A stretch of DNA of 64,000 nucleotides from Sporopachydermia quercuum (lineage: Eukaryota). The stretch spans positions 124,001 to 188,000 of the forward strand of contig BCGN01000005.1 of the NCBI GenBank assembly GCA_001599295.1, in the 5' to 3' direction. The translations under genes were made by a program, and so were the position numbers. The notes beneath the pieces are model-generated. The model did no database searches. It was not told the DNA's origin and saw nothing but the letters and a program-made list of their open reading frames with translations. Below are positions 11,890-23,411 of this stretch, piece by piece; position 1 is the first letter of the stretch; the number at the start of each line of letters is the position of its first letter.

Positions 11890-14800
11890 TGCTGGACAGA
11901 TGTTCTCCTTGCGTGTAGATATAACTATTCTTCTCAGAAAGAGTTATCTTCACTTGAAAAAGTTTTATCTTCAATTCTGTTATTTCAGATATAATAGACT
12001 TTTATATATGTATAGTAATGAAGCAATAGCGAGTTCCTAGGATTCTTTACTCTTGTGTTCTATCTAAAAGTGTTCAACAAAACTATTAACAATCGTTAGA
12101 AACCTCAGTCTTGTACTTGTTGTTTTCTTGTTATATGAAGAGAGTGCGCTTTTCAATGGTTAGAATATATTGACGCTTTCCTAGGTCAAAAGTCCTTTAG
12201 TTGTTCTGTCTGCCGTGTAGCACAGTTGATGGTAGTTGCCTGACAAATAGGAATTAAATGGGCGAAAAAATCTGGTCTGCTGTGTATGTGCGGTTGTAAT
12301 GGTTTTATTACAACACGGCTAGTATTTGATTTAAATAGTGCTTTAAAGTTTAAAACAATGAATGTTGAATCAGCCCGAATCCTTTATTTTTTGCTTCTCT
12401 CTCTGTGTTCGGTAAGGAAGAAATTTAACTTCTAAGAGGGATAGAGTGGAAAGAACCAAAAGTNACATTAAGGCATGAGACAAGAAAAGTATTTACCTGC
12501 CGATTACTCAATTATATCAGCTACTGATAGATTTGGAGCGACGGACCTTCAACATTTCAATAGAAATTTAAGAATTAAGTTAGAATTAAGGTTTAAGCAG
12601 AATAAATAAACCATTATTATGGTTTAGGCAATTGGTTTGAATCTGCAATGCAATGCTTACCAAACTGTAACCTTATTAATCAGCACTTGAACTGTATTTA
12701 ACAATAAATGTCAGGCTCGAGGCTACAATTTTTAGATGGAGAGAATGGGAAGTAGAATCGAAAGACCAACAAAGATATTGAAATCAGTTTTGCCTTATGA
12801 TTCAACACTCACTGAGGAGTTGGATTGATATCAGATAGCCTAGCGACAGAAAAGTGGGTTAGGATTGCGTGCTATTAAGCATGACAGGAAGTGATTTGAT
12901 AATACCTACTAAATCCTTAAGTATTATCGGAGGCCCACTTGAGATTATCGTGCAGTTTGATTATTATTTCCTTTTAGTATCTAGAAGAGGGTTTCTTATA
13001 TGTTAATTGGTTTAAAGTCTTGAAAGGATTTAGGAGACTAGTATGTGTGAAACAGTATGTTCCATAAAATCCTTCTCAACCAGAACTTGAACATTGATTT
13101 CCTCTTCTTCTCTGCTGAGCCAAATCAGTAAACACAATGATCTGAGACTGAAAAAATTAGTGAATTACTACTACCAATAACAATGAATATACATTTTGAC
13201 TAGTTATTCTTGAGCTGTAGGCATGAAATTTCCTGCTATTGTTATACTAAAACCGTTTTTCAGGGTCTTTGGGTCTGCCGATCAAGACCTTACATTGAAA
13301 ACTTTAATGTACTATAAGGTATCAAGGAAATTTTAAAAATTTCTGTTAGAACCTTGCAGCTTTGGCTAAGTGGGCCATACCAAAGGTAAGAGATCTAGAA
13401 GAGGCATAAAAGTTGGCACCAAAGATGCTGTTCTGCAGTACTAGCAAGCAATAACAATAAACAAGAGTTGAACAATCAAAACAATTCAGATATTTACAGC
13501 ATTTTGTGGGTGTTTTTATGAGGCCTAATAAACTGATTTATGTACAATCTTCCGCACCTTCAACAGTAAATAATCCAACGTTTGTACATTACCAATTACA
13601 CATAAATGAAAAATATTCTTAAAAACTAAAATAAAAGTCAAGGGCACTGGATTATAGTGCCATATTATCTTAGAAAAATAAGTCCTTTAATGATAAATTC
13701 TATTCCATCTACGTTTTAAGAGTTGGTGTATGAATAATTGGGTTGAGGTCTTTCATGAATAGCCTGTGCTCTGCTTCAGATTGTACAGGTGTCTTAAAAG
13801 AACTGATCTCAAGCCACAACTTTGCCGCTCTGTCTTTTTGCTTTCACCCAAGCTTTTTTAAATGGGAACCACAGCTTATAAGTATGTTTTAATGCTATAT
13901 TTTAGATTATTCTATGGCAACAACAACCAACCACTCGTTCTCATATAGTTGGACACATTTTAATACTGTTTTCTTCTTGTCTATTGAACTAAACGTAATT
14001 CTAGTGATTTGGTTGTTGAAGCCAGTATCATTTCGGTCTGCCTCCTTAGAACTAATCCAGTTATTTGTTTTCTTCATGTGAATAAAGATGAAGAAACATA
14101 ATTACATTAGATAGAATTCTATAGATTTTATCTACGTACCTTTACCGTGACAATTCTCGTGTATACCTTGAACCTATTTAATATCTTGCTGATTCTCCCT
14201 CTAACCAGATTTCCTGTAGATTAAAGCTTGGAAGCCATGAAATATTCTTCTCTGAAATCTCTATCTATTCCTCTTACGAAAGCGAACTACAAGTTAGAAT
14301 ATGACAACAATAAATGAATGAATGCCTTAGTTTAATCTAAATCAAGTACTGGTACTGCATGCGTGCCTTGACAAAAGCTTATTGGCTTTAAGTTGAAAGT
14401 TAATCCACAAATAGTTTAAAAATTGTCAACCTTATTCTCATGAAAAATGGTATCGTAGCATAAATCCAAATTTGGTACCAACCCACGTCTTCTTAACTTG
14501 CAGCTCTCTCATATAACTCAAACACATTTTTTGCTGAATTTGGAAACGGTGCATGCATATGCAATCTTTTGAAACTTAGTTTAAACTTAAATTTAAATCA
14601 TTAACTTAATTTATTATCAACTATTTGCCTTCCTAAGTAGTTCCTCTTTCTAAACTTTACTGAAGCCACGAAGTTTAATTGTAACCTTGAGATTGATTTT
14701 GCCAATAGGAGTATTGAGAGAGCTTTTGACAGTTGTTTATGAACCATTGTAGAGAGGTTATAGAACTAATAGCCTAAAATGATTCTGTTTGAGAGAATAA

Positions 14801-15889
14801 GCGCTAATTAGTACAATCTGCATTTTACCTAATTTGAGAATACATTAAAGAGTCAGTAGACCTTAGTTAATTGTAATACCAACGGAGGAAAGATTAGCTT
14901 GATGGCTGATAATCAAATAGTTTACTTAACAGTAGAAACCCTACAATCCTGTAAACAGATTCTATAAAAATATTCTTGTGAGAATCTCAGTAAGGAGTTA
15001 AATTGAACATAAATTGAACATAACTAACATCCATTAAGTTAACGAAGAATTAGGGGTCGGCTTTGCGGTATTACACTTCAAGCACTACCTTCAATGGATG
15101 AGCAAGTATATTCTTTAAATTGTGATATGATGAAATATTATCAACTGACCATATGATATTATTTTCTGAAAAGAAGTTCATGATATACGAGGAAATCACT
15201 TTTATCATTGACAACGTTAGCAGTATGTCTTTCGTTTAATTAATAGGATCATTACTAAGTAGGAGAATGATCATAATCTAATAATAATCTCCAGCAGAAG
15301 GACTATCTTACCTTATTTACTTCACAGATAAGAATCAAGAGTCATAAACTAGTGTGTAGCTAGTAGCTAGCTACCCACAATTGTTACTTGAAACTAGAGC
15401 AATTCAATTATCATTCCTGTGTCAACTACGCCTTTTAAGACATCCTTTGAATGAGGTTTCTAACATCATCAATTTTCACCGGACTCTAATCACCACTAAT
15501 GAAGCAAAGTCCTTTGTCGCATCATTTCCCATATTCCTAAACCTCAATACCGTCCTTTTCCCCTTCTGTTACATAATCAAAAAATATGTTCTTCCGACAA
15601 TTAGCACGTGAAAATTCATTTCAACCCCTTCAATTGTTCATTATGTAATCGTTAATTCATTCAATAGTAAATAATCAACACGAATTTTCATTACTAGAAT
15701 CAAAAGATAATGAGGAGCGCTATAGCTTTTGCTTCGTTACGCGACGTGAGATGATTCATCTACAAGCTATTAAACCCGTAAAACCATAGATTTCAATTAT
15801 TCAAGATCATCAATTGTTGTCTTGGATGATAAGAAGTTGCTTAGGTTCATAGCATAGAGAGCCGTTGATGTCAAGCAGCTGAATGAACA

Positions 15890-17083
15890 ATGTCAACAAA
15901 GGCACAAGTCAGAAAGAGCCCAGCTATAGTAGGACAACATGGTACTAGTGGAAAACCAGCTGGTGCGGGAAACGGAGCCAATAATAATACTGCTCACAGA
16001 CCATTGATTTTCCAGTGTTCCAGGTGTCTTCAAATTTTTGGCGATTCTCTTGCATGGATTTCATCATCTACCAAGCTTCGTGCTTTCACTCTTTCAGCAA
16101 CTGTTAAAGGTGCGGTTAATATCAGTGAGGAATTATTAACGTCAACACAAGGAGAAGATTTGGGTTCAGCATATTTCAATATTCAATGTTCAAAATGTAG
16201 TACCATATTAGGGAGATACTATAAAACTACTCCCAGGAACTTAGATGCTATTAGAGATCTCAATACCTTTTTCACTGAACATATTGTATCATTCCGTCTT
16301 GGTTCAGGTCAGCCATCATCTGCTGCAACCTCTAAAGCAGACTTCTTTATTTTGAACCCAACTCCCGATGAAGTTTCTACCAGATTTGCCATGCTAGAGA
16401 CCATGATGATTGGGTTCCACGAAGAATTAGAACATGTTGTTAAAGCTTTGAATAATTTGTATACAGAAATTCCTAAGACATTTAGTGAACAGTTAGAACA
16501 ATTGGTCCAAAAATTAGTTTCTGAAGGTAGATTACTAAATAATATCAAGGAATCCCAATTAGAAAAACTATTAAAGCAACCACAATTCAAAGCCATTGAA
16601 GCAACTGCAGATAGGCCTTCAGAAACTAAATCGTCTGTTCAAAAAGTTGAGATCGAAGCTACTGAAATGTCGAGTAATGCTTCTTCAAGCAAAGATACTA
16701 CCTCTCAATCTGAATCGGTCGCCAGCTCAAATCCAGATGTGATTAACCCAAGTAGATCTGTGGAATCTACAGGTCATGCTACGTCTGCTCTTGTTGATAG
16801 TACTCCTTCTAGTACTATTGAAAGTCAAGACGGTGAAGATCAGCATCGCGAACCGGGCACAGGCCGTCAAACGGAACCTGGATTTGTTCCTAGAACTGCT
16901 CCGGTATTTGCCCCAAATACGTTCTTTGGAGCTGCCTCCAAGCCAAATTTGGAGCCAAATGATCTCTTTGTTGATGCCATCAATGCGGTGGCTGGTGATG
17001 AGAATACGCAAGAACCTGACTCAAAGAAACGGAAAATAGAAGTTTTCGAAGAAAAGAAAATTGCAGAAAAAGCTTCTTCGTAA
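15890..17083 (+). CDS. MIS18: Mis18 (Yippee-like Zn-binding domain, helical region, disordered tail); CENP-A loading factor
   Basis: PLIFQCSRCLQIFGDSLAW...FTLS...CSKCSTILGRYYKTTPRNLDAIRDLNTF...SFRLG carries two CxxC motifs and closely follows S. pombe Mis18 as I recall it. Confidence 0.88.
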   Translation: MSTKAQVRKSPAIVGQHGTSGKPAGAGNGANNNTAHRPLIFQCSRCLQIFGDSLAWISSSTKLRAFTLSATVKGAVNISEELLTSTQGEDLGSAYFNIQCSKCSTILGRYYKTTPRNLDAIRDLNTFFTEHIVSFRLGSGQPSSAATSKADFFILNPTPDEVSTRFAMLETMMIGFHEELEHVVKALNNLYTEIPKTFSEQLEQLVQKLVSEGRLLNNIKESQLEKLLKQPQFKAIEATADRPSETKSSVQKVEIEATEMSSNASSSKDTTSQSESVASSNPDVINPSRSVESTGHATSALVDSTPSSTIESQDGEDQHREPGTGRQTEPGFVPRTAPVFAPNTFFGAASKPNLEPNDLFVDAINAVAGDENTQEPDSKKRKIEVFEEKKIAEKASS

Positions 17084-17587
17084 TCAAATGGTTTTTGGAT
17101 TGCGAGGGAATGCTCAACAATAATGCATTAATAAGCGCTGATATGTAGCTACTAAATTGATAGAATACTGGTGGTGTGGGTGGTATGAATACCTTTTTTT
17201 TTTCTTTATATTATTTTAGATTTTATTTTTAATTTTATGTATTTATGTGTCTTTTTTACCTTTTTACTTTCTTACTTTGTTCCTTTCGGTTTGCTTTCCT
17301 TTTGATCAACTATAGTGTACGTATACTATGGTTTTATCACTGTACTTATATGATTTTCAGAGTTAGGCTGCAATAATCGTAGTTATTAAAGAAGAAGAAA
17401 GAAAATGCTTTGATTTTTGAAAATGCGCGTGTCTGTTTGTCTTGACTAAGTAGATGTTCTATCATATTTACAAGTTGAGACAAAAAGATGAAGTATTAAA
17501 GTTGAATATGCTATTAAAATGGGACGTAATGGAAAGATTTGAAATGAAATAGGTAGTTTTCTAGGCTGTATATATATAAGTTAAAAG

Positions 17588-18829
17588 CTATCGTTTCTTT
17601 CTCCCTTTACCTTTACCTTTACCTTTACCTTTACCTTTTCCCTTTCCGTTTCCTTTTCCAGTCTTCATAACTTTCATCGCTTCTATCTCATGCTTACTGA
17701 TTTGAATTCCACCCTTAACACTCTTACCAACCCCTTTGGCAAGAATCTGTAAACCAACCTCTCTACCCCGAAACTTCATTGAGCCTTTCTTCTCCTCATC
17801 ACGAAGCTTCCTTCTCATCAGCTCTTTAGCGCTAACACCAACACTTCCATCTTCACGAATTCCAGATAACCAAGGAACCTCACGAATCTCCCCTCGAGAT
17901 TTCTTTGCTAAGACAATTCCTTCTTCTTGTGCATTCTTTTCGTACACTTGCCCCGCCTGTATTCTCTTCTTCAACATACCTTTTCTAACATGGATGGACA
18001 TGTTCTGCTGTGATACGTCAACACCCAAAGCTGCTAATCTTGCATTAAGTGCCTTTAGACGATGTTTCCCCATAGCAACTGTACTCAATTCTTGTTGAAC
18101 AGATAGGATATGCGACTCTGCTAATAATCTTTGTAGCTCCTTATCATTCTTAATATCGTCTTCAGTCTCAGAATCATTACCACCACTTTGCTTACCTTTC
18201 TTTGATTTCTGTTCAGGTTTTTTAGAAGCCATTTTTGGAGCTTTACTGCTCAAATAAAGCATTTTATCTTTTTTGTTAAATTCTACTGATGGCTTCGTTT
18301 CAACAAAAGACACCACAGTTGGTTTCCCGTCATCATCAGTATTTGAATCAAATCCTCCAAATTCGTCTTCTTCCATATTCTTAGTATCAAACATAAGATT
18401 CTCATCGTCATCAAATGAAGAATTGTTACCTTCAAAGTCAGAACCAGAATCAGATGATACGTCAGATAATTCCATTTTATCGTACTCATCCTCCTTTCGA
18501 ACACTATCTTTATGAAAACTCGGACTTGATGAAGCTGTTCTGCCATTTGGCATTATCTCATTGGCATTACTGAATTGTTCTTCAAAATTCCTTTTCAGTA
18601 TCTCTGTAACCTCATTATACTCATTTTCAGCTGAATCCTGCTGAATCTGAATATCACTCTTAGTCTTTGTTGAGATATTGGAAGATTTAGCATTCCGGAG
18701 TTTCAAACCTTTCTCCTTCAGCATCTTCGATCGCTTGCTAGGACCATTCTGAGCAACAGGTTTCTTTTTCAATCTCTCCACTAGCTCTGACATTGAAAGA
18801 CTTTTATTCTTAGATTTCATAATGGTCAT
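17588..18829 (-). CDS. FAF1: 40S biogenesis factor Faf1
   Basis: Motifs NDKELQRLLAESHILS, GKHRLKAL, MSIHVRKGM, EEGIVLAK and REVGL...VGKSVKGGIQISK. Divergent from HIS6, as in S. cerevisiae. Confidence 0.82.
   Translation of the reverse strand: MTIMKSKNKSLSMSELVERLKKKPVAQNGPSKRSKMLKEKGLKLRNAKSSNISTKTKSDIQIQQDSAENEYNEVTEILKRNFEEQFSNANEIMPNGRTASSSPSFHKDSVRKEDEYDKMELSDVSSDSGSDFEGNNSSFDDDENLMFDTKNMEEDEFGGFDSNTDDDGKPTVVSFVETKPSVEFNKKDKMLYLSSKAPKMASKKPEQKSKKGKQSGGNDSETEDDIKNDKELQRLLAESHILSVQQELSTVAMGKHRLKALNARLAALGVDVSQQNMSIHVRKGMLKKRIQAGQVYEKNAQEEGIVLAKKSRGEIREVPWLSGIREDGSVGVSAKELMRRKLRDEEKKGSMKFRGREVGLQILAKGVGKSVKGGIQISKHEIEAMKVMKTGKGNGKGKGKGKGKGKGKGRKKR
17603..17637. repeat. Coding hexanucleotide microsatellite (CCTTTA)n encoding the poly-(Gly-Lys) tail of Faf1
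   Basis: About 5-6 tandem CCTTTA units; the minus strand reads GKGKGKGKGKG. Confidence 0.85.
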
Positions 18830-19598
18830 TTTATGCTGATTGCATTATTTTAACTAATCCTTCTAGAAACTGCTTGACGACAAATCAAGTGTTCAACCAA
18901 CTCTAACTGGAAGCTGTATCTCTGTGTATTAATTGTACTAGTACAACTAAAATCAAGAATTTTGCCACCTATGCAACATCAAATCAAATAAATCATATGA
19001 ACAGTTCTATTTCGATTGGTCAGATATAAAAATAATGTATATACATAAAGACTAGGGAGAAAATACCAATATATGCTGTGCATAATTTCTCCATACAAAA
19101 CAAATTTTTGTGAAATGTTTTGAAGAGAAGCATGTGAACAGCAAAGATATAAAGATGACGTGAACAAAGAAGGGGATTATTTCGGAGGTAATTATTAATG
19201 ATGAAGGAAGAAAAAAGATGACTTAATACGCTAGTAAACCGTGAAAGGTTGAATTTGATATTGAAATTTCAGCAACTAGTAAATGTATGGTTTTGGTAAG
19301 CTCAAAACGTCTTTGCAGCGTATTCGATGTCATAATAACTTCAGAGATCACGATTGTAGACAGACAGTAATTACCTTACCAAGCAAATTTCGGAAATAAT
19401 GCCTTCAAATATATTCTCCGATATTTTAGAGATCTTCCTGGTACAACTTTCCAGCATTGGCAACATGAAGGAGCTCTTTCTTCAATTGTTCAATGATTAT
19501 TGATCGAAACAGTATATTCGTATATAGCGAATTTTATCGCATGACAGGAATACCCAGAGACAACTGACTCTATTTCAAGTACGGCTTCAACAATTGTC

Positions 19599-20378
19599 AT
19601 GACAAAGTTCAGAGGTTGTATTGATCTACATGGTGGGTCTGTCAAACAGATCGTAGGCGGTACTCTCGACTCTTTAAGCGACGTATTAAAAACAAATTTT
19701 GTATCAGAAAAGCCACCCACTTACTTTGGTGAGCTTTATAGACAAAATGAAGTGAAAGGAACTCACGTGATCAAACTAGGGCCGAACAATGACGAAGCTG
19801 CTTTGCAAGCGCTACATGCTTATCCTGATGAGTTACAAGTCGGAGGAGGTATTAATGCATCCAATGCCAAGTATTGGATTGAAGAAGGAAAAGCTAGTAA
19901 GGTAATTGTCACCAGCTGGTTATTTCCTGAAGGAAAATTAGCTGCTGACCGTTTACAAGATCTGAAAGATAAAGTGGGCGTTGATAGGATTGTGATCGAT
20001 CTTAGTTGCAGAAAGAAGATCAATAACGATGAAGTTNAATGGATTGTTGCTATGAACAAATGGCAGACTCTTACCGATACTATTTTGAGCAAAGAAGTGT
20101 TTGATTTTCTTAAGGACTACTGCAGTGAATTCCTAATTCATGCTGCTGATGTCGAAGGCCTTTGTAAAGGGATTGATGAAGAACTAGTTTCCAACCTAGC
20201 GGAATGGACAGATTTGCCCGTTACTTATGCTGGTGGTGCTAAGCACATTGATGATTTACGAACAGTTGAGAAATTAAGTAATGGTAAAGTCGATTTGACT
20301 TACGGAAGCTCGTTAGATATATTTGGAGGAACTTTGGTTAAATTTGAAGATTGCGTAAATTGGAACAAGACTCATTAG
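19599..20378 (+). CDS. HIS6: Phosphoribosylformimino-5-aminoimidazole carboxamide ribotide isomerase
   Basis: [48 protein letters not shown] and [13 protein letters not shown]. Confidence 0.97.
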   Translation: MTKFRGCIDLHGGSVKQIVGGTLDSLSDVLKTNFVSEKPPTYFGELYRQNEVKGTHVIKLGPNNDEAALQALHAYPDELQVGGGINASNAKYWIEEGKASKVIVTSWLFPEGKLAADRLQDLKDKVGVDRIVIDLSCRKKINNDEVXWIVAMNKWQTLTDTILSKEVFDFLKDYCSEFLIHAADVEGLCKGIDEELVSNLAEWTDLPVTYAGGAKHIDDLRTVEKLSNGKVDLTYGSSLDIFGGTLVKFEDCVNWNKTH

Positions 20379-20655
20379 ATCCATGTCAGTAATTGCTGTA
20401 GTACTATTTACATATAGATGAATGAATAGTGCACTATTAAGAACAATCTACGGCTAAAAGTAAATGTCGCTAAGGTTACGATTATTATCATTAATATTTT
20501 CTGATTTTATACACAATTTTATCTCTCTTCTGTCTTTTTTATCTTACTTATTATATCACCGTCCAGATAGATACCTGTCTACTCATTAAAGCTAACAATA
20601 TGAAACAATTAAAACATATTCCACGTTATGAATCTATAAGGTCTCTCATTCTGTT

Positions 20656-21627
20656 TTAAAATTGGTTTGGACCACCATATGCACTATATCTACCATCATT
20701 ACCACCATATGTCGAATTACCACCATAAGCAGAAGTACCACCATAAGTACCTGGCTCGTAAACAGAAGAACCTCCATACGAAGTGGCTTGTGCTGTAGCA
20801 CCACCGGCACGTTGCCCTTCAATGGTCTCGTCGATTGCATTGACAAGCGAAGCAAATTTCAATTGTAATTCACCAATCGCGCGGGTCACAACTTCATTAG
20901 GTGGCATAGTACCAATAGTTTCAACATTCATATAAAACTTGGTGGGCTCAGCGTTATAATCATAACTGTCATTCTCATCTGGAGGTTCTTCCCAATCGGC
21001 ATTTCGTGATTTGGGCCATTCAGCTTCAATGCTCTCTTCGAACCAGTATTTTGTATGTCTCAACTTATTCCAAGGGTCGTATTCAAATGCTATAGCTGAT
21101 ACTGGACTCCATTTCGCGTGTTCTTTAGCAATACCTTTCTTTGCAATACATCGTAAACGTAACTCTTGATTCTTCCGTAGTCTGCATATCAGAACACCTT
21201 TTGTTTCAGAATCTCGGAAAATGGGTTGACCTAGAGTAGGATCTCTACCGGCTCCACCTTGCATTTGTAAATCTCTTGCGTATACTGATAGTGTTGAATC
21301 TGTGGTACATTTAGCGTCTAATGTTAATGTAACAGAACATTTGTCACAATATTGCTCACATGTACAGTCACGGCTATATTCTAAATCTCCAATCGCTCTT
21401 GAATCCAAAGGAATAAGACCCAATCTATGAGAGAGAAACTCATCAGGTAGAACCGACGTATTCATTTCAATCTCGACTAAATCAATAGCAATCGTTGGAA
21501 TTTCACTCAACATCGTTCGACGAAGTGAATTTGCTAAAGCCAAATCAATATCACTTAACACTAAATCAACTTCATCTTGGCCAACTTTTCTGATAAGAAC
21601 CTTGGGTCCTTCTTGATCATCTTCCAT
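20656..21627 (-). CDS. RPB3: RNA polymerase II subunit 3
   Basis: ANSLRRTMLSEIPTIAID, NTSVLPDEFLSHRLGLIPL, Zn site CTCEQYCDKC and KKGIAKEHAKWSP. Confidence 0.97.
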   Translation of the reverse strand: MEDDQEGPKVLIRKVGQDEVDLVLSDIDLALANSLRRTMLSEIPTIAIDLVEIEMNTSVLPDEFLSHRLGLIPLDSRAIGDLEYSRDCTCEQYCDKCSVTLTLDAKCTTDSTLSVYARDLQMQGGAGRDPTLGQPIFRDSETKGVLICRLRKNQELRLRCIAKKGIAKEHAKWSPVSAIAFEYDPWNKLRHTKYWFEESIEAEWPKSRNADWEEPPDENDSYDYNAEPTKFYMNVETIGTMPPNEVVTRAIGELQLKFASLVNAIDETIEGQRAGGATAQATSYGGSSVYEPGTYGGTSAYGGNSTYGGNDGRYSAYGGPNQF

Positions 21628-22780
21628 ACTGAAAAGCCTTTTCTAGTATTATGTTATTCTGAGTATTTGTTTGAAAGGCTCAAACGTCTTTCTCTTCTCG
21701 CGTAAGTAAACTAGGCTGCAAAATACTTACTGCTCCTTAGTCCTAACTTATACTTCTTCCTACTATACAAATTAAAACAGCTTTGTTATGCTTACAGTAC
21801 CCTCAAAAACTAATTATCTGATTTCCAACCCGTGAGAGTTATGTCCATTAACAACACCAGGCTCCCAATAATTCCCAGAACGATATGTGATTTTCTGATT
21901 CAACTTCTATTCCTATGAAATCAATCTTGTCATTTATCCAATTCCTTAATTTCCGTTCGAATTGAGCTATGTACTTTTTTTGTCAACAATCTTTTCTCTT
22001 CCCTCTTCTCAAAATCTACAAGTTGCAATTCTATGTAAATTCGACCAATGATGATAATAATCTAAGCGATCACCAATGTGAATTGACATGAACAAACTAC
22101 TCACTTTCAAATCTTCTAATATAATACAATAAGATCATCCAACACCTTAGACCTATAAAAAAAACTCCTGTAATCAACGTGAATGCATACCTTCTTTTCA
22201 CCGTTGTTTAGAACAATCATGAATCCTTGTAATTATAGATATGATTACTTCTTATCATTATCAAAAGGCACTGTAAGCCTGAGATATGTTGTTTCCTTTT
22301 CGAAATTGCTTATTTTCATTTTGTGTTGGCAAGAGTGAAAGATTACCCGGAGATANATCTATTTTATGATTACCTAATATGAGAGAAAACTTTAGTGTCT
22401 AATAACAGGCAATACAGATTCTTTGTACTTTACTTAAAAATGCGCAATAACAAGAGAACAGCTTCTTCCCAAATATATGATAATAGATAATGATGTTCTT
22501 CATTGGTTGATCAGTGGACGAATCAACGGCAGTCTCTTAGAAGAAATTGAGAAATCTGGAGTTTAGCGTTAAATGAAAGTAATGGCGGTTCATTTGTATT
22601 CGTCTTATAAAGTGGAATCATAGCGATTCTGAGTATAATTGAAGCAACTTCAACTTCAATTCAACGGTCTGATAAATCAATCTCAAGCGCGATTGGTTCA
22701 ACACACAAAATTTGGAATTTCTCACAATCCAGGTTGACNCTTTATGCAATAACTGATAATCTTCCTATTCCCTGATTGTA

Positions 22781-23200
22781 ATGACTGTTCATATGGAGGA
22801 AGATGCCTTATATTTGGCACATGTCGATGTCAAGGTGACAGATTCCTTGGTCATTCCTGTACCAGATCAAAGAGTTGAGTATGCTTTTAGAAATGAGCTG
22901 AAGGCTTTTGTTGATCAAAAAGCTAATGTATCAAAAGCTAGGAAAGTAGAGATTAAAGGAATAAGTGATGAAGTTATTGCCGAAGATGAAACCTCTGAGG
23001 TGAAAGCTGAGCCTGTTGTTCTTACACCACTAATGATTCTCACAGTTGTATTCAAGGGACATGTGATATTCCCATTTATGCAGACATTTGGATATACTTT
23101 GGCTAAAATATTTGCTAGAACATTTCACATATTGATGAAACGGGTTGTTTATCGGATAGGTTACCGCATGGGTATGGTTTTTATGAGAATAGTGGGATAA
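22781..23200 (+). CDS. Small membrane protein, probable DUF1770 family (S. pombe Atg43-like mitochondrial outer-membrane protein)
   Basis: IPVPDQRVEYAF resembles the family motif P(I/L)PDLRFEQSF. LTPLMILTVVFKGHVIFPFMQTFGYTLA resembles the ITP..(KD)Q(I/V)IMPL.QGFLW membrane segment. Starts with a real ATG; basic C-terminus. Confidence 0.55.
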   Translation: MTVHMEEDALYLAHVDVKVTDSLVIPVPDQRVEYAFRNELKAFVDQKANVSKARKVEIKGISDEVIAEDETSEVKAEPVVLTPLMILTVVFKGHVIFPFMQTFGYTLAKIFARTFHILMKRVVYRIGYRMGMVFMRIVG

Positions 23201-23411
23201 ATAGATCATCATGATGAGGACGATTGGATGAGTAATGACAGTAGTGGGGTAGAACAGAATGGTTCAGTTTGAATTTTTCAGCAGGATATAAGAACACTGT
23301 TGATGTGATATCTCGTTGGAACAATGTATATATGTAGCAAGTTTTAATATTATGATACCTAATACACCGTAGTAAACCTAACCATTATACGCTCTCCAAT
23401 TTTATTCTTAG

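Noticed and set aside
15125..15170. ATGATGA with two CTGA motifs
   Set aside because: Too short, AT-rich and self-complementary, with no rRNA-complementary guide recognised.
15243..15253. ATAGGATCATT, similar to U3 snoRNA box A
   Set aside because: No downstream C', B, C or D boxes in the U3 arrangement.
15605..15610. CACGTG as a Pho4 autoregulatory site
   Set aside because: About 3.7 kb from the PHO4 ATG and close to MIS18; a single hexamer is not evidence.
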